Positions 26,480 through 39,307 of a stretch of 64,000 bases of DNA are shown piece after piece; the first letter of the stretch is position 1, and each line of letters opens with the position of its first letter. The notes beneath the pieces were generated by a model. That model was given only the letters and a program-made list of their open reading frames with translations, was not told the origin of the DNA and ran no database searches. The DNA is from Haplodiscus bocki (taxonomy: Eukaryota): NCBI GenBank assembly GCA_965655095.1, contig OZ296650.1, positions 112,158,001 through 112,222,000 of the forward strand, written 5' to 3'. A program made the position numbers and the translations under genes.

Positions 26480-27894
26480 CTTTGGTTCAAATCTTTTTCA
26501 ATGATACCTCCCTTTAAAAATCTTTACGAATCGACAGTTCGCGTGTTCGCTTCCCAGCATAAGCTATACTCTTCATCAAAATTATCAACTCCGTGCTATG
26601 AGTGTTTTGAGCCATACGGGCAACGCCGACTCTGGCCATCATTGGATTGTTTTTTTATGGTGCTAATTACACTTCGGGTGAGATGAACTTGGAAAGGATG
26701 ACTTACAGGCGAAACAAGAATATCTTAGTACTGGTCTTAGTACTAAGACAAACATGATTTTTTTTCAGTTTTTTTGCGGAAGCCTCCCGGCTCGTCATGA
26801 AAAGCTACTCGGTTAGAGTTGAAGCATGTACCTTTGTGCCTACAAAGTGTGTCAAAACCAGACGCTACTTGGTAAAGTATCCAAGACGCCGTCTTATAAC
26901 CAATTTGTCTAGCGTTCTGATAATTTATGCAATTCATCAGACTGCTTGAATAATCAACACAAGTATGTGAAACTTGGAGAATTCATATATTTATAGAAAG
27001 TTTTGATAGGAAGCATGTTCGAAAGCATCAAAAATGGACAATCTAAATGGCTTAATCTGTCAAGAAATATATAACGAATGGGAGATTTTGTTTAAAAAGA
27101 GTCACTCCATGAATCCGTAACGATTGATTTATCACTGCGGTCGTAAATCCGAGAGTTGAAAAACCTCGTTTGCAGAAAGGAAATATTACAAACATAAGTG
27201 ATCTCTCAAAAAACGTTGAATTAGACAGATATTTTTCAAATATAATTTCTCGAAAATCGGCCGCAGGAAAATGCTATCTCAGAATATTTTTACGCTTCTT
27301 AATTTTCTTGTTCGCAAAACTATAGCATGAACAATAAGTTCGAAGTTGCAAGCCAAGAAAACTGAGTTTGGGAATTTCAACCGGAAATGCCGTTTCAGAG
27401 TTCAATCAATAATTACTATTGAACTTTTTAATAACTTAGTAATAACTGCTCTAATTGACCGACTACAGGTCACAAATCAAACTAGCCTTTAGCTTGCCGT
27501 CTAGTCTTTTCAAACAAAAGACACCTTATTCCAAAATTTAATCCTGCATTGCCCGACCTTCAACTTGAAATGTGGACAAACAAACACTATCCTGAGATAC
27601 TAGCATTTACTTTGAACTCAATTGCAAGTTTGAGTTTTGGATGGAAATTCAGTTCGATCAATTGTTCAGGTAGAACTGGGTGTCCCAATACGTGAAAGTC
27701 ATCCCAACTATATAAACCCCGTGTTTGTGGGTCGTGTCATTCTCATTTTATATGAAATTTGATTGTCAGGTCATTTTGTCCAATGCCATTTCAACCCATA
27801 CAATTCCAGAGTTTCCTGTATGGAATCGATTTTTTTTAGAGTGAAAGCTGTACCACAATTATTTAGGACTAAACATCCTAGCACCGAATAATAT

Positions 27895-28412
27895 AACAAT
27901 ACGGCCGGCAACCACCGGCATAATTTCCACCCTTCAATTTTGTTTGGGCGTGAGTGCGTTTTTTTCCTCAAAAAATACTCTTCATCAAATTTTGTAACTT
28001 TTCCAAATTTAAAAAAATTCTGATTAGCAAAAAAATTTCCCAATTAAAGTGCAAAAGACATCTTCCAAGAAATAAAATCATTTGATACGCATTCTACAAC
28101 AAATTTCCCATCTTTATCGATTTTGAAAAAAACCCAACCTTTTTCTGCAAAAAAACCCAAAAGTTGTACGTGTTTGTTGTACCCAAAAGTTATACCCAAA
28201 AGAGAAATCTTAATAATTTAGTCGCATTCTACGGCATATTTGCTCTAATTTGGTGGTAAAAATTTCAAATTCAGAATCGTCCGGGCATTTGGACATTTTC
28301 AAATGGCCAGAAAACGTAAGAACACCCGGATGCGTTGAGAGGATGATATTCCTGGCATATCATAAATATGGAAGGGAAAAAATTATTAGAGATGGAAAAG
28401 CATCTCATGCTA
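27895..28412 (+). mobile_element. AACAAGACGGCC-ended dispersed element, copy 2
   Basis: aacaatacggccggcaaccaccggcata...; collinear with the reverse complement of 19515-20005. Confidence 0.7.
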
Positions 28413-28974
28413 ATTGTCTGATAAAAGTGTTAATTACCTCTATTTATAATGGAAAAGTGAGGTAATTAATTTGTGAACCAAAACCCTTGAAAAAACAATT
28501 AAAGCAGCTTTCTTTTCAAGATCTTACGAGTCTTCTTGTCGCAAAATTTGTCAAATAGTATTAAGCATGCAAACTTTCAGTATGCAAACTTCCGTTTACC
28601 TTTCTCGATATAAATTAAATTGAACAAATATTTCCTTTTACTTCAAAGTTTACTTGCATCCAGCAAACGATTACACTCTTCAAAACATTTCATGGGACCT
28701 ACTCAAACATTCTGAAAACTCGAAAACCAAATACTTTTCACAATACTAAAAAATAACTATAGCAGGTGCTGGAAAAACTTTTCCATAAAAATCTTCATTT
28801 CCAAAAACAACCTGAAAATCTTCGACAAGCCCTGTATAACTACCAAAAAAATTTTGCCAGATTTAACAAATTAGTACAATTTTTGTTTTTCGCCGTATAT
28901 GTAGTATGCAAGAAAAATTATTCATTCAGTAGGGTCGTTTTTTTTCAGACCAAATATGCCAACTATTTCTATTC

Positions 28975-29050
28975 AAAAAATGACAGCAGTAGGGTTATGA
29001 CAACAAGGTTCTCAAGCAGTAGGTTCGGGGTTCGAGTCCCTGTCGTGCCA
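28975..29050 (+). pseudogene. tRNA-derived segment (SINE-head-like or pseudo-tRNA)
   Basis: A-box-like tgacagcagtagg, T-arm/B-box cggggTTCGAGTccctg at 29026-29042, and 3' tcgtgcca. The acceptor 5' strand and anticodon stem do not pair. Confidence 0.45.
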
Positions 29051-29064
29051 AATATCTTCATGAT

Positions 29065-29416
29065 TTATCCCTAACATTTTTCGATACCCGAAATTAGTGA
29101 AACACTAAAGGGTTCCTTTACGAAATTTTCGGCACTGTGAGACAAAAAATATTCGACGGAAAATTTAGATACCGACCCCCTCTCTTATCCCTAACTTTTT
29201 TCGATACCAGAAATTTTCTGAAACACAGAAGGGTTCCCCTACGAAGTTTTTCGGTACTGTGAGACAAAACAATTTTGACGGAAAATCGTGATACCCTCCC
29301 CCTCTCTTATCCCTATAATTTTTCGATACCAGAAGTTTTCTGAAACACAGAAAGGTTCATCTACAAAATTTTTTGGCACTGTGAGACAAAAATTTTTCAA
29401 CAGAAAATCTTGATAC
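29065..29416 (+). repeat. Tandem array, about 3 x 120-122 bp
   Basis: Units start at 29065, 29185 and 29307 (ttatccct...tttcgatacc.gaa...gaaacac...ctgtgagacaaaa...tgatac). The host element ends cggccgtcttgttt at about 29580. Confidence 0.9.
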
Positions 29417-30981
29417 TTTTTTGCATAAAGTACAGATATCAGTGGTGGAATTGATGTTCGTAAAAAGTCTTTGAAAACTAAATTAAAAACAGTATTTTTG
29501 TTTTAAACCGTTTGCAAAAGTTGATAAAACTATTTGCAGTTGCGCGAAAATTATTCCGGTGCTATCCGGCCGTCTTGTTTACATATTCTGTGTCAACTTT
29601 GGAAAACAGTAATTTGCAAAGTTTTATTTAACTTAAGTAGAATAAAGAACAAGAGCATTGCAATAGTTTCCGTCGAAGTGTAAAAAACATGAAAATTTGT
29701 TACATGTTGCATTTTTATTTCTGCCATCTATTTTAGTGTATTATGACTTACTACAAGTAGAACGCAGTTCAGTGGATAATTTAGCATAAAGTTGAGGTTG
29801 AAAAACGGAAAAATAACACTGAGGACTTTTTGGTCTCTCCAACAAACCACGAATCCAGTGCATTCAACGAAACTTGACTTTTTAGTGCCGAATACCGTTC
29901 AACAAGAAGTAAACTGCCAATTGAATCTTTGATGGAAGAAATCAAGGCGGTAGTACCGGGAAAAATTGAATTTGAAAATTAAAAAGTATCGTAACTTATC
30001 CCAATTTTGGCAATTTCGGCTCGCACGATTCCAAACAAACATAGTGTTCCCTTCGGAAGGAGCATAATTCATCTTCAGTGACTGATTTATATGGCATTTT
30101 TTTGATACATTTGTTGTAATTTAGTCTTGTGTTTTCCCACTTTTTCAAAAAATCACGTTTTTCACTAAAACTAATGCAAATTCGGAGCCCAAATTCTGTT
30201 CCCCGAGTCTTGGCATTCTCTGGGGGTCCTTTTTGCACTTCCCACTCCAACCAGATTTCCTCAGACTCAAGGAACTAGTATTCCTGCAACAGTAAAAGTA
30301 AACTTTTTTAATTAACAGATATGATATCACAACATTTTGGATGAATTTTTGTCTCAAAATAAGCAAACAGCAATATTTGTTTGAAAAACTGTGATCTTTA
30401 TGTTCTATATTTGCTATCATTTTGTGAACTGAACAGAAGATCTTTACAGAAGATTGAAACTCGAAAATTTTTTGATTCAATTTCCCGTCTTTTCCAACCT
30501 GTGAGTACAGGAATACTTTTTGGGTTCGGAGCAGCAATGTAATATAGATAAAGGGAACATGTTTTGAACAAAAATAAAGTCAACATATGAAAGTCTGGTA
30601 ATAGCGTAATTTTGCTACGGAAGTCCGATAACAGCCGCTTTTAACCACGAAACGGTGGTATCCGTCACTGTTTTCTCAACGAAATTCCGGGATCTTTTCT
30701 TTTTTTTTGTCGGCCTATTTCAGAATGTGTTGAAGTCATTAAATTATTACAGTGTTACAGAAAAAAACTGGAAGGGTAACCAAGTTGAAGTTGAATGTCA
30801 TCAAAAATTCTCATGCACCCAGAATTGTCATGGTAACAATGCATTGCTGTTTGAAATCTTTTCTAGTTTCGAAAAATTGATACTGACGTCGCTATATTTC
30901 TTGCGATTTTATTTGATGTGCAATCTACGGTGTGGTAAAACTTGGCCTACCTTATTGTGAAAAATGCAAGACTTCTACTGT

Positions 30982-31130
30982 ATCATGGAATATCATCTTC
31001 ATTAATGATGAATTTATGCATGATTCATGGATACCATATAGCATATGCCATGATGATGGAAATGTTCTAAAGACTTGCCATTAATAATGGATAAATCATA
31101 GATGGTTATCCATGAGTAGTTATTCTGAGA
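30982..31130. repeat. CATG-rich repeat block
   Basis: catg-dense; its end resembles 19478-19511. Confidence 0.55.
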
Positions 31131-31271
31131 TGAAACGGTCAGCCGAGCTGACTTTTGTCTGCATTAAAATATTTGACGAATCCTAATTCATTTTAAACTT
31201 CAGAAGACGATTAAAATATTTTATATTTTTTGAACTAGAGATGTAATTTTTTGTGACGCAATTGATTAAAT

Positions 31272-31520
31272 AACAAGACGGCCGCCCACCACCGGCATAT
31301 TTTGCGCTTTCCTATTTTTGTAAAGAAGGCTTTTAAAAAAGGAAAACGTTTTTTTTTCGAAAAAAAAACATTCTTCATAGTTTCTAATTTTTCCAACGTT
31401 CAAAGTTTTCTGATTTTTTGCCAAAAAAACTTCAAAATTAGGGTGGAAAGACATTTTTAAGCAATAATACCATTTGATACGCATTCTACAGCAACTTTGC
31501 CACCTTTAGCGATTTTGAAG
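31272..31520 (+). mobile_element. AACAAGACGGCC-ended dispersed element, copy 3 (truncated)
   Basis: aacaagacggccgcccaccaccggcata...gatacgcattctacagc. Confidence 0.7.
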
Positions 31521-32511
31521 CCACCCCGATCTCCTCCAATTATTCAACTCCCCCAACATCAGAATAGATATGCGAAAAACTAGAAGACGTAATAGTCACG
31601 TGCGAATGAGTTTTAGCCGATCAGAGAAGAGCTCGTTTGATTGAAATTTCGTTACTACTGGTGGGGGATTTAACAGATAAGATCCAACTTTTCTCTGCTG
31701 GCAAAACTGAAAAATTGTCTTGTCAGTATCAAACAGTTCAAAAAACGACAAATGGTTCCCCCTGTCTCACCATGAGAAACCTGTAAAAAACTTATGCAAC
31801 TGACGTTGGTCTCAGCCGACCGACAACTGAGTTAACAGACAGTGCTGTTGAACGAGCTTTCATTGCCCACATTTGACTTCCGCTCACATTTGACTCGGCT
31901 AAGTTACGTTACCGAATCACACTACCTCACCTCAGCCAATAAACTTTCACAAGTAGCTAAAGTCGGCTCGTTGAACGATCGGTTCACTGCGTCGTTCGCC
32001 AGTTGATAGGACAATTTCGCGTTCCACGCCCGTCAATGCAAAATTGGTCAAAAGAACATTCGGCTAAAATATCGTTCGGCCTGCTGGACAGCTAGTAGGC
32101 AAAACTGCTCTCCCAAAGGCAGACACAGGCAACTCACTAATCCCATCTCCCTCGAAAAGCTGAAGCCTTCACTTTTGAAAATTTTCGCAACCGACTGTCT
32201 GTTTTGATGAATGACAGGCAAAGGAAAATAATAGATTACTGTAAAAATTTCCAACTCCCTGCTAATCAACATCAGTTATTTTCATGTTTTTCAGTTCACT
32301 TAATGGGCGTAATCGGAATCAAATCAACTGCAAAGATGAACGATGCCGTTGCCGTTATGATTAGCTTTTCCAGAGCTTGCCTTCGGCTGTTTGATCGCTC
32401 AAAACATGGAGCGTCTTTTACTAAAATTGGCCACTGGATATCAAAGATTACAATTTGCACTCAGGGGTGTTGGCAACCAAGAAAAAATAAAGTCGCGTCT
32501 CACTTAAACTA

Positions 32512-33083
32512 CAGTGGTGGTTTTAATTAATGCGACTAAGAAATTTTGATACGCTTTACAAAATCCTAAGTGGGGAAGTAAATAATGGGAGATCAGAGTA
32601 AACAAGGCACTCTGAAAAAGCTCGTTAAAAGGGCTACCATATGGTTATTTCATTTGCCAAAACAAGTACTTCAAAAATGTAGAAAATCGCGTCCCAAAGT
32701 TGAGTAAATAAACTATGCAAGCATTGCGAATATTGACTAATTTTGGCAGTTTTTTTCAAGCAGTTTTTGAATATTTTTCCGCCGACAGATGATATCACCT
32801 GTTGCAGAAACATCAGAGGCATCTATTGAAGAAATAAAATTTCATATTTAACTTTTTAAAGTTACGAAATTCTCCAAAGAATGGAAAATTTGGCCAAAAA
32901 CGCATTTTCTAGTTTTTGCTCTATTCGTCGGAAATTTTTCAAACAACCACCATTATAATCTCCCGAAAATTCTAAGAATATTTTGTTTCTGGTACCTTTG
33001 TCCAAAATGATTATTCCCGGAGTTAGTCGTGCTTAAAGTTGACTTATGCATTAAAGTTGTCGCATTAATTAAAACCACTACTG
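32512..33083 (+). mobile_element. Tc1/mariner-type MITE, family T, copy 3 (internal deletion)
   Basis: TIR CAGTGGTGGTTTTAATTAATGCGAC / GTCGCATTAATTAAAACCACTACTG with TA flanks; lacks about 200 bp present in copy 1. Confidence 0.9.
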
Positions 33084-33085
33084 TA

Positions 33086-33498
33086 GACCTAATTTGAGAA
33101 ATCTCATTGGCTATTCAAAATAAATACGCAAAAATTATTGATCCACTTGAGACAATTTCTACACCTCTCTACAATTTTGCACTTTTGTCTAAGTTTGAGT
33201 GCGGTATACAATACTTTCCGCAAATGTTTCCCCAAAAGAGTCTCCTGAAACCACTGATACCATTTAATAGCAAGAGCAAAATTATGTGAAAATTTTCTAC
33301 AAATGGAAGTTCTAAAATTGCAAATTTCAAAATCCAATGTTAAAACACGTAAATTCAACAATCGCTATATTGGGATCTCGATTTTTTTGCTATTTCAACG
33401 TAGTTTTCAATTCAAAACATATCAGTGGGTTCAGGATATTCAGGGGAATTTTTTGAATATAAAATATAAAGTTGACGCATTAATTAAAATCACTACTG
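33086..33498 (+). mobile_element. Related MITE fragment with the same right TIR
   Basis: Ends gacgcattaattaaaatcactactg+TA but has a different interior. A similar orphan TIR ends at 15642. Confidence 0.6.
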
Positions 33499-36429
33499 TA
33501 CAGTAACAATTTGTACAGTTGCCAAAATACGATTAAACTTTAAGCAACTAGAAGACACGCTACACAATTCCAATTACTATCAGCGTGTCATGAAATAGCT
33601 TGTTCAAGCTTGTCTCTTCGGTTTTATTCTGATGTAATTCCTCACCTCAACTTCTTTTCATAGAAATACGTAATCAGCATCTGAGAAATAACAGCGTCTT
33701 TTACAGCTCCATTGTAACAAGACAAACAGTTGGTGTGGAATTCTCGTAGTTGATCCTACCTCACTTGTGGATCAAAGGAGTGACACTTCCAATGTTTCTA
33801 AATGGAAAGCGGAAAATTTCACAATCTCATTCCGTTCAAACTCTATTGGGGAAAATGGATTTTTTAAAGCTCAAATTATGAAATTTGTCTAGAGCTGCTT
33901 GATCGAAACTACTCAAATTTCGCTTCGATGAGTGAAATAAGAGTCATAAATTCCCATGATGGACAACTGACGCAAAAAATTCTGGAAAATTAGTTAACGA
34001 CAATCAGCAGTTTAGTTTTAAATTCAAACGTGAACCGCTGTCTTGAGTAACCTAATACTGGATCTCAGCATCTTGGCTCCCTTATTTGCTAGAACTACTA
34101 ACTGTAAGAAAATTTTTTGAAGTGCAACAAACTTTCGATGACGTCATGAATTTGCAGACGTAAAAGCCTCGTTCTTGTCTAGTTCCGCATATGATTCGAT
34201 GTCAGATTGGGATCTTTGAAAGCCAGACATTGTCAAAAGATGACGACAGACCTATGGGGGTTGAAAAACTTTGATAATTGAATCAATTTGCAGTCATTTG
34301 TAGTCAAAGAATGGGGTTTTCTCTACCTGCAGCTGCTAACAACTCATTACCTTGTTTAAAAGTAGGCTCCACTAAAACTGACCTCTACTTATTCTAACCA
34401 AACTTTTCATACTTCTCACTTCTAATCACATCACACCTTTTGCCAAATTTCTCTAACTGGCTCATTGATTACCCCAGATCCGAAACTTTTGTGAAATTAC
34501 TCCCTTAAATTCCTTTCTGCTGCAAACTGTCAACCTCCCCTTACTTTTTTCTTCGAACATGAGTGGTCTGCGTGAATTTTCGTGATCTGGGATTTGAAAC
34601 GTTCCTCCGTATTTCGGGCAAGGAATCAGAGAGCAGAGTGAACAATGTCTCATTATTAAGCACATTACTGCTCTCAAGTTAATGGACCCTAGTCTGAAAA
34701 ATGAGCTTCGTATCACTTTTCCTTGTCAAAAAATCTCTTCAATCAACTTTCATTTATTGGAGCAAACTGTGATCAACGAAATCTAAGATCAATATTGATT
34801 CTAAAGTTAAGACGGCAAGTGATTACAAAGCTTTTTCACACTTTCATCATGCACCGAAAAGCAAAATTTGAAAAATCAAATTATGAATGAAATTGAAAAT
34901 TGACACTGTTGTTTGAATCTTTCTTCCAGGCTTCCTTTCACGTTTGCCTGCCAATCAGCTACCGATGTCATTGGCTCACTAAGAAGACAGTGTTATTTTT
35001 CATGGATCTCTCAAAAGATGCATACATTAAACATCAAAATATTCTAACTTTAGGAATTGGAGGCGCTAGGAATTGAAGTGGTAGTACGATTAATAGCTTT
35101 CTTTGAGTACCATACGAGTCTATCTTTGAAAATGCCAATTTTGGGTCAGACAGCAACTATTTGTTGCCTTGGATCGGATTGGTTGCCGAACAAAATATTT
35201 TTCGCTAATCGGCTGAACTATATTCTACGAAGCACTAGACCTCATCAATCGAAACTCGTTGCTGGCGAAACCAATCCCACACAACGCTAGTGGACACATC
35301 GCAGTTGAAGACGAGCACGATCTCCGACTAACTTCTCTAGTTTTCCGCTCCATTCCGAAAGTTGAATGGTTCACTCCGTCTCACCGTCAGAAAACCTGTA
35401 AAAAAGTATGTTCCTGACGTTCGTCTCATATAGCATGTCACGAACTTTTCAGCTTGGAAACATCTCTATGGTGTGAACGTTGAGGTTTTCAAGCCAAAAG
35501 ACATTGCAATTACGGGAACGCGTCCTCGTCGCTCCCAACCACTTCCATTAACTCAAGAAGTATCCGTTTCGGCCCAGTCTCGTGCTTAATTGCTTTTGTT
35601 TTTGGCAATTAGTCTTCTTCGGGGTGAATGTACAGCGATGCTATCGGTCAAGAATTGGTAATTCAAAGAATCAAATGGCGATTGAATCCACCATCAGTTC
35701 CTCCTTTTGGATTTTCCTTCCAACGATTTTTTTTGATACCCGCTTCGACGAAATTAACCCAGAAAGTAATTTCACGCTGAAACTGTCGAATGTGATCCTC
35801 TCTAAAAAGCCGACTCTTCACGTGTGTGCGTTCCGACTAATGAAAGCCTACTATTGAATCAAACCATTTTCTACTATTGAATCGAACCATTTTCTTGGAA
35901 GACATTTCTTTCATATCCCTTCTCTCATTTTGCGGCAAACGGTTCGCCATCTCAGTCCTTATAGGGACATTTCAAAGCAATACGAATCAATTGCGAAAAC
36001 GCCCTTTGAAAAAGAAGTCCCGTGAAGGATCATCCTAAGACTGAAACAAAAAAATCAACAGCCTCTGAAAATTACCGACATTATATGGATGCTCAATGAC
36101 AATACACTAAAATAATAGGCCTCTCATAAAAATGGTTCACAAATTTGTTCTATCACATTAAATCTCAGTATCCAGAGTATGGCAATACCCATTACCAAAA
36201 TTAGTTATCTGTTGTTCAACTCGGCCTCAAAAAGCAAACAATATCTACGCTTGGGTTAAATACATTTTATTGGAAGTCAAGAAATTGGAGGAAAATCATC
36301 GCACTATGTCAATGCCAAATCCATTCTTCGAACTTCGCATCTGGTCGGCAGAATTTTTAGTCCACCTACTTACGCCGAGCGTGATTCGAAAAGATGCCTT
36401 TAAACCTCCATATGCAACTTTTTCCGAAT

Positions 36430-38340
36430 CTCAAACCAAAAATTTTGGGATGAAAAACTGTGGCACCTATTTAGTGACGTCATTATTACATAGTGCGGAC
36501 GCTAATTTTAGGATGAGGTTCCTGTACCTCCGGTCACGATGCTCGGTGAGGGACCGGTTGCGCTGGAATTAGCACTGTTACCCGCCCTTGGGGAAAAGTT
36601 TTGCCAATCAACAGTCAAAATCTCTTGAATCAGTCGAGTCTAGCTGCTTAGTTGAAAAAACGATGTAATTCTTGATCTGATCATCAACTTCTTGAGTCGG
36701 GATGCATGTTTCGGATTAAGAGTTTGAGTTGCTTCCATGGGCGCTTAAAGGAGCATTAGTTTCTGCACTATCGTCTCCCCTCATTTTCGTGTTTGCAATC
36801 GTTTCGTTTTTCCTACCGTTTCTTAATTCTCGAAGTGCGTCAAAAACTGGCTCACAAGATTTAAATTTATTGCACATGATTTTAGATAGACTCCCTATGT
36901 GGCTTACAAAGTGTTCCAAGTTAGGACGCTGCTTACAAACGGTGAATTTAGTGGAGGCAAAATCATTGAGGTAATACGTGTAATACATGTAAGTCAAGTC
37001 CTTCTACATGCTCACTGGTGGCTAGTTTTTCTGATTGCCATAACTTTGAGTTGGCACTTGGTGGATTTCCGTCTTCACGTGACCGATAGTGAGACAAAAT
37101 TCTAACCAGCGGCGAGTTGTCTCTGCCTCGTTAGTTGCCGCGGTTATTATTTGAGGTGTGAGTGCAAACTCAACCTGAATTGTGGTGACTGTAAACATGC
37201 AACACGATGTTGATGCACACTTAGCTCAGTAAGTTCGCGAAGATCTAATATATCAGAATACAGAAAATACAACACAGATGTCTGCAGAATAATTGGTTGA
37301 ATCGGATACGTATTAAAAATAAGTAAATATTACGGTGTTTTACTGCTTCAAAGACTAAGGATGGTGGTGGCGTTGCATTGTATTCAATTCAGTTCCATCG
37401 GAATTCATAATTTCGCTAAGTTGACTTTCGAACACGCTTTGTGCTCCATTCCATCACTTGTTCATGCCTGTTTATTTTAGATGAATCCTGATGTAGTTTA
37501 AGACTGGTCCAGCTAACGTACTCAATCATAAATACTTTGGATAGGTAGTATGATAGTTTAAATCAATATGTACTATCGTTTTAGGTGAAAACTGATGAAT
37601 GCAAAAATTATCATCGAAGGCTGAGTTTGTGGTCTTCATCCCTTGGATGAAAATCGATGAAGTATAAAATATTTTACAAGGATCAGTCGTGTACAGATGA
37701 AATCCTAAATCGAAGTACAAGTCCAACCGGAAAGTTTCCATCACATCGACGATAACCGATGAATTTCTTGCTACGGCACTGTAAGTTGTTTTCAGTACTC
37801 GGATGTGAACCTATCTAATCTGTCAAGGTTTACACTTTCATTCTCGTTCTTTTTCTTCAACGAATAGACTAAAGGGCTGAAAACATCAAAAAAATGTTTT
37901 GCGATGAACAAGTATTCGGGCTTTTTTATGGTTCTCTTACCTAATTCTGTCGGGCCGCTACAAGGGACACTTGTAAGGGCTTTATGCAGTTCTCGTGTGA
38001 TTTGACCAGTGTCTTTTTTGCCTGTACGAGCATAATTGAGCCTTCAGAGAATGTCTTTTTCATGGATACGTTTCAGCACTTGGCTGTTCGATGGATTAAT
38101 ATACCTTTACAAACTCAGCAACACTTTCTAGATTAAACATACGGTTGTTCAAATAATACATAGTCTCGTTCATACCAGGGGGAGGAGTAATAGCATATTT
38201 AAATTTATATCGTTGTGTGATTCGTGGCTACAAAACTTGCCTTAAGATCTTAATATTATTATTGGCTTCATACATATGTAACATAGCTCAAGCTTAAGGA
38301 TTTGTAGATATCTCATTTTCCCTCATGCAGGCATGACACC
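36430..38340 (-). mobile_element. LTR retrotransposon remnant, family B, copy 1 (unknown ORF, LTR about 36540-37274, PBS-like site)
   Basis: Collinear with 50150-51450. On the minus strand: TGTTG start at 37274, CA at 36540 followed by TCGTGACCGG (compare TGGTGACAGG at 48031), and a TQEVDDQIKNYI...KQL peptide similar to the gag N-terminus at 47.9 kb. Confidence 0.6.
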
Positions 38341-38374
38341 AAATAACAAAGTTGGTTGGACAATCAGCGTTAGC

Positions 38375-38874
38375 CAACGGTCGGAAAAACATGGCTGCCA
38401 TGCCATGACCATCTACTTTTTAACGCGAAAAATGTTGAACGATCCCATGAGAAACTAACCAAAAGACTTTTGCTAAACTCGATCTCTTTCCCTTCGAAAT
38501 AATCAAAAATGCAAAGCTGTAACATATTTGCTATGTTGAAAATATTGTCAAATAAGAACTTGCTCTCTGGCTATAACAAAGGAAAACTCTACGTCTTTTT
38601 GGAGTATGCTTTATTTTGCAGATTTGGCAGTTTGGAGGCGCAATTTCCTCTAAAGCCAGTCAAATGCCCTTTTAATGAAGTATGGCACTAACTATTTGAG
38701 AAAGTTGACGAAAAAATCCATTTCTCCATAGTACATGATAAACATGGTAATCATACCATGATCATGCCATGAATCATGGCGACCATGTCAAGAAACATGG
38801 CCGCCATGCTGTCAACATGGCATGATCATGACCATGTTTGGCGATGCATGGCAGCCACATTTTTCTAACCAGGG
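38375..38874. mobile_element. CATG-rich TIR element
   Basis: Left ggtcggaaaaacatggctgccatgc versus reverse complement of the right end ccctggttagaaaaatgtggctgccatgc; dense CATG subterminal repeats at 38730-38855. Confidence 0.7.
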
Positions 38875-39060
38875 ACTGTCTAGTTTTGCAATTAATTGCC
38901 ATTGTTAAGTTGCAATTAACATCATTCGATTTTTAGCAGTGCAATATTTTCAATTAATTGCATTTAATTTTTCATAACCCCTAGAAGTAAGAAACTTGGT
39001 ACACCACGGGGATAAAAGAAACATGTCTCTGACTAAATTTGAACGGATGTTCATTGGTAG

Positions 39061-39307
39061 GATTGCTATTCACGAGTGCGAAAATTAATTTTAATTCCCA
39101 TGAGATTGTTTACTTGAAATTAACTAATTTATATCATATTTTAAGAACTTCTCTATCAACTGAGATAGCTAGAACGAATTATTATTACTTGAAAACTGAA
39201 TTTGGTCGATAATTTTCAATCAAAATTTATTTTTAAATAGTTTTCGGACTCATGTGAATTAAAATTAATTTTCGGAGTCGTGGTCTTTCGGACTCGTGGG
39301 AAGACAC
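39061..39307. mobile_element. Mutator-like foldback MITE with 9-bp TSD
   Basis: Inverted arms cacgagtgcgaaaattaattttaattcccatgag / ctcatgtgaattaaaattaattttcggagtcgtg; direct repeat cattggtag at 39052-39060 and 39308-39316. Confidence 0.8.

Noticed and set aside
28975-29050. Functional tRNA gene
   Set aside because: Only the T-arm folds; acceptor and anticodon stems do not pair. Kept only as tRNA-derived.
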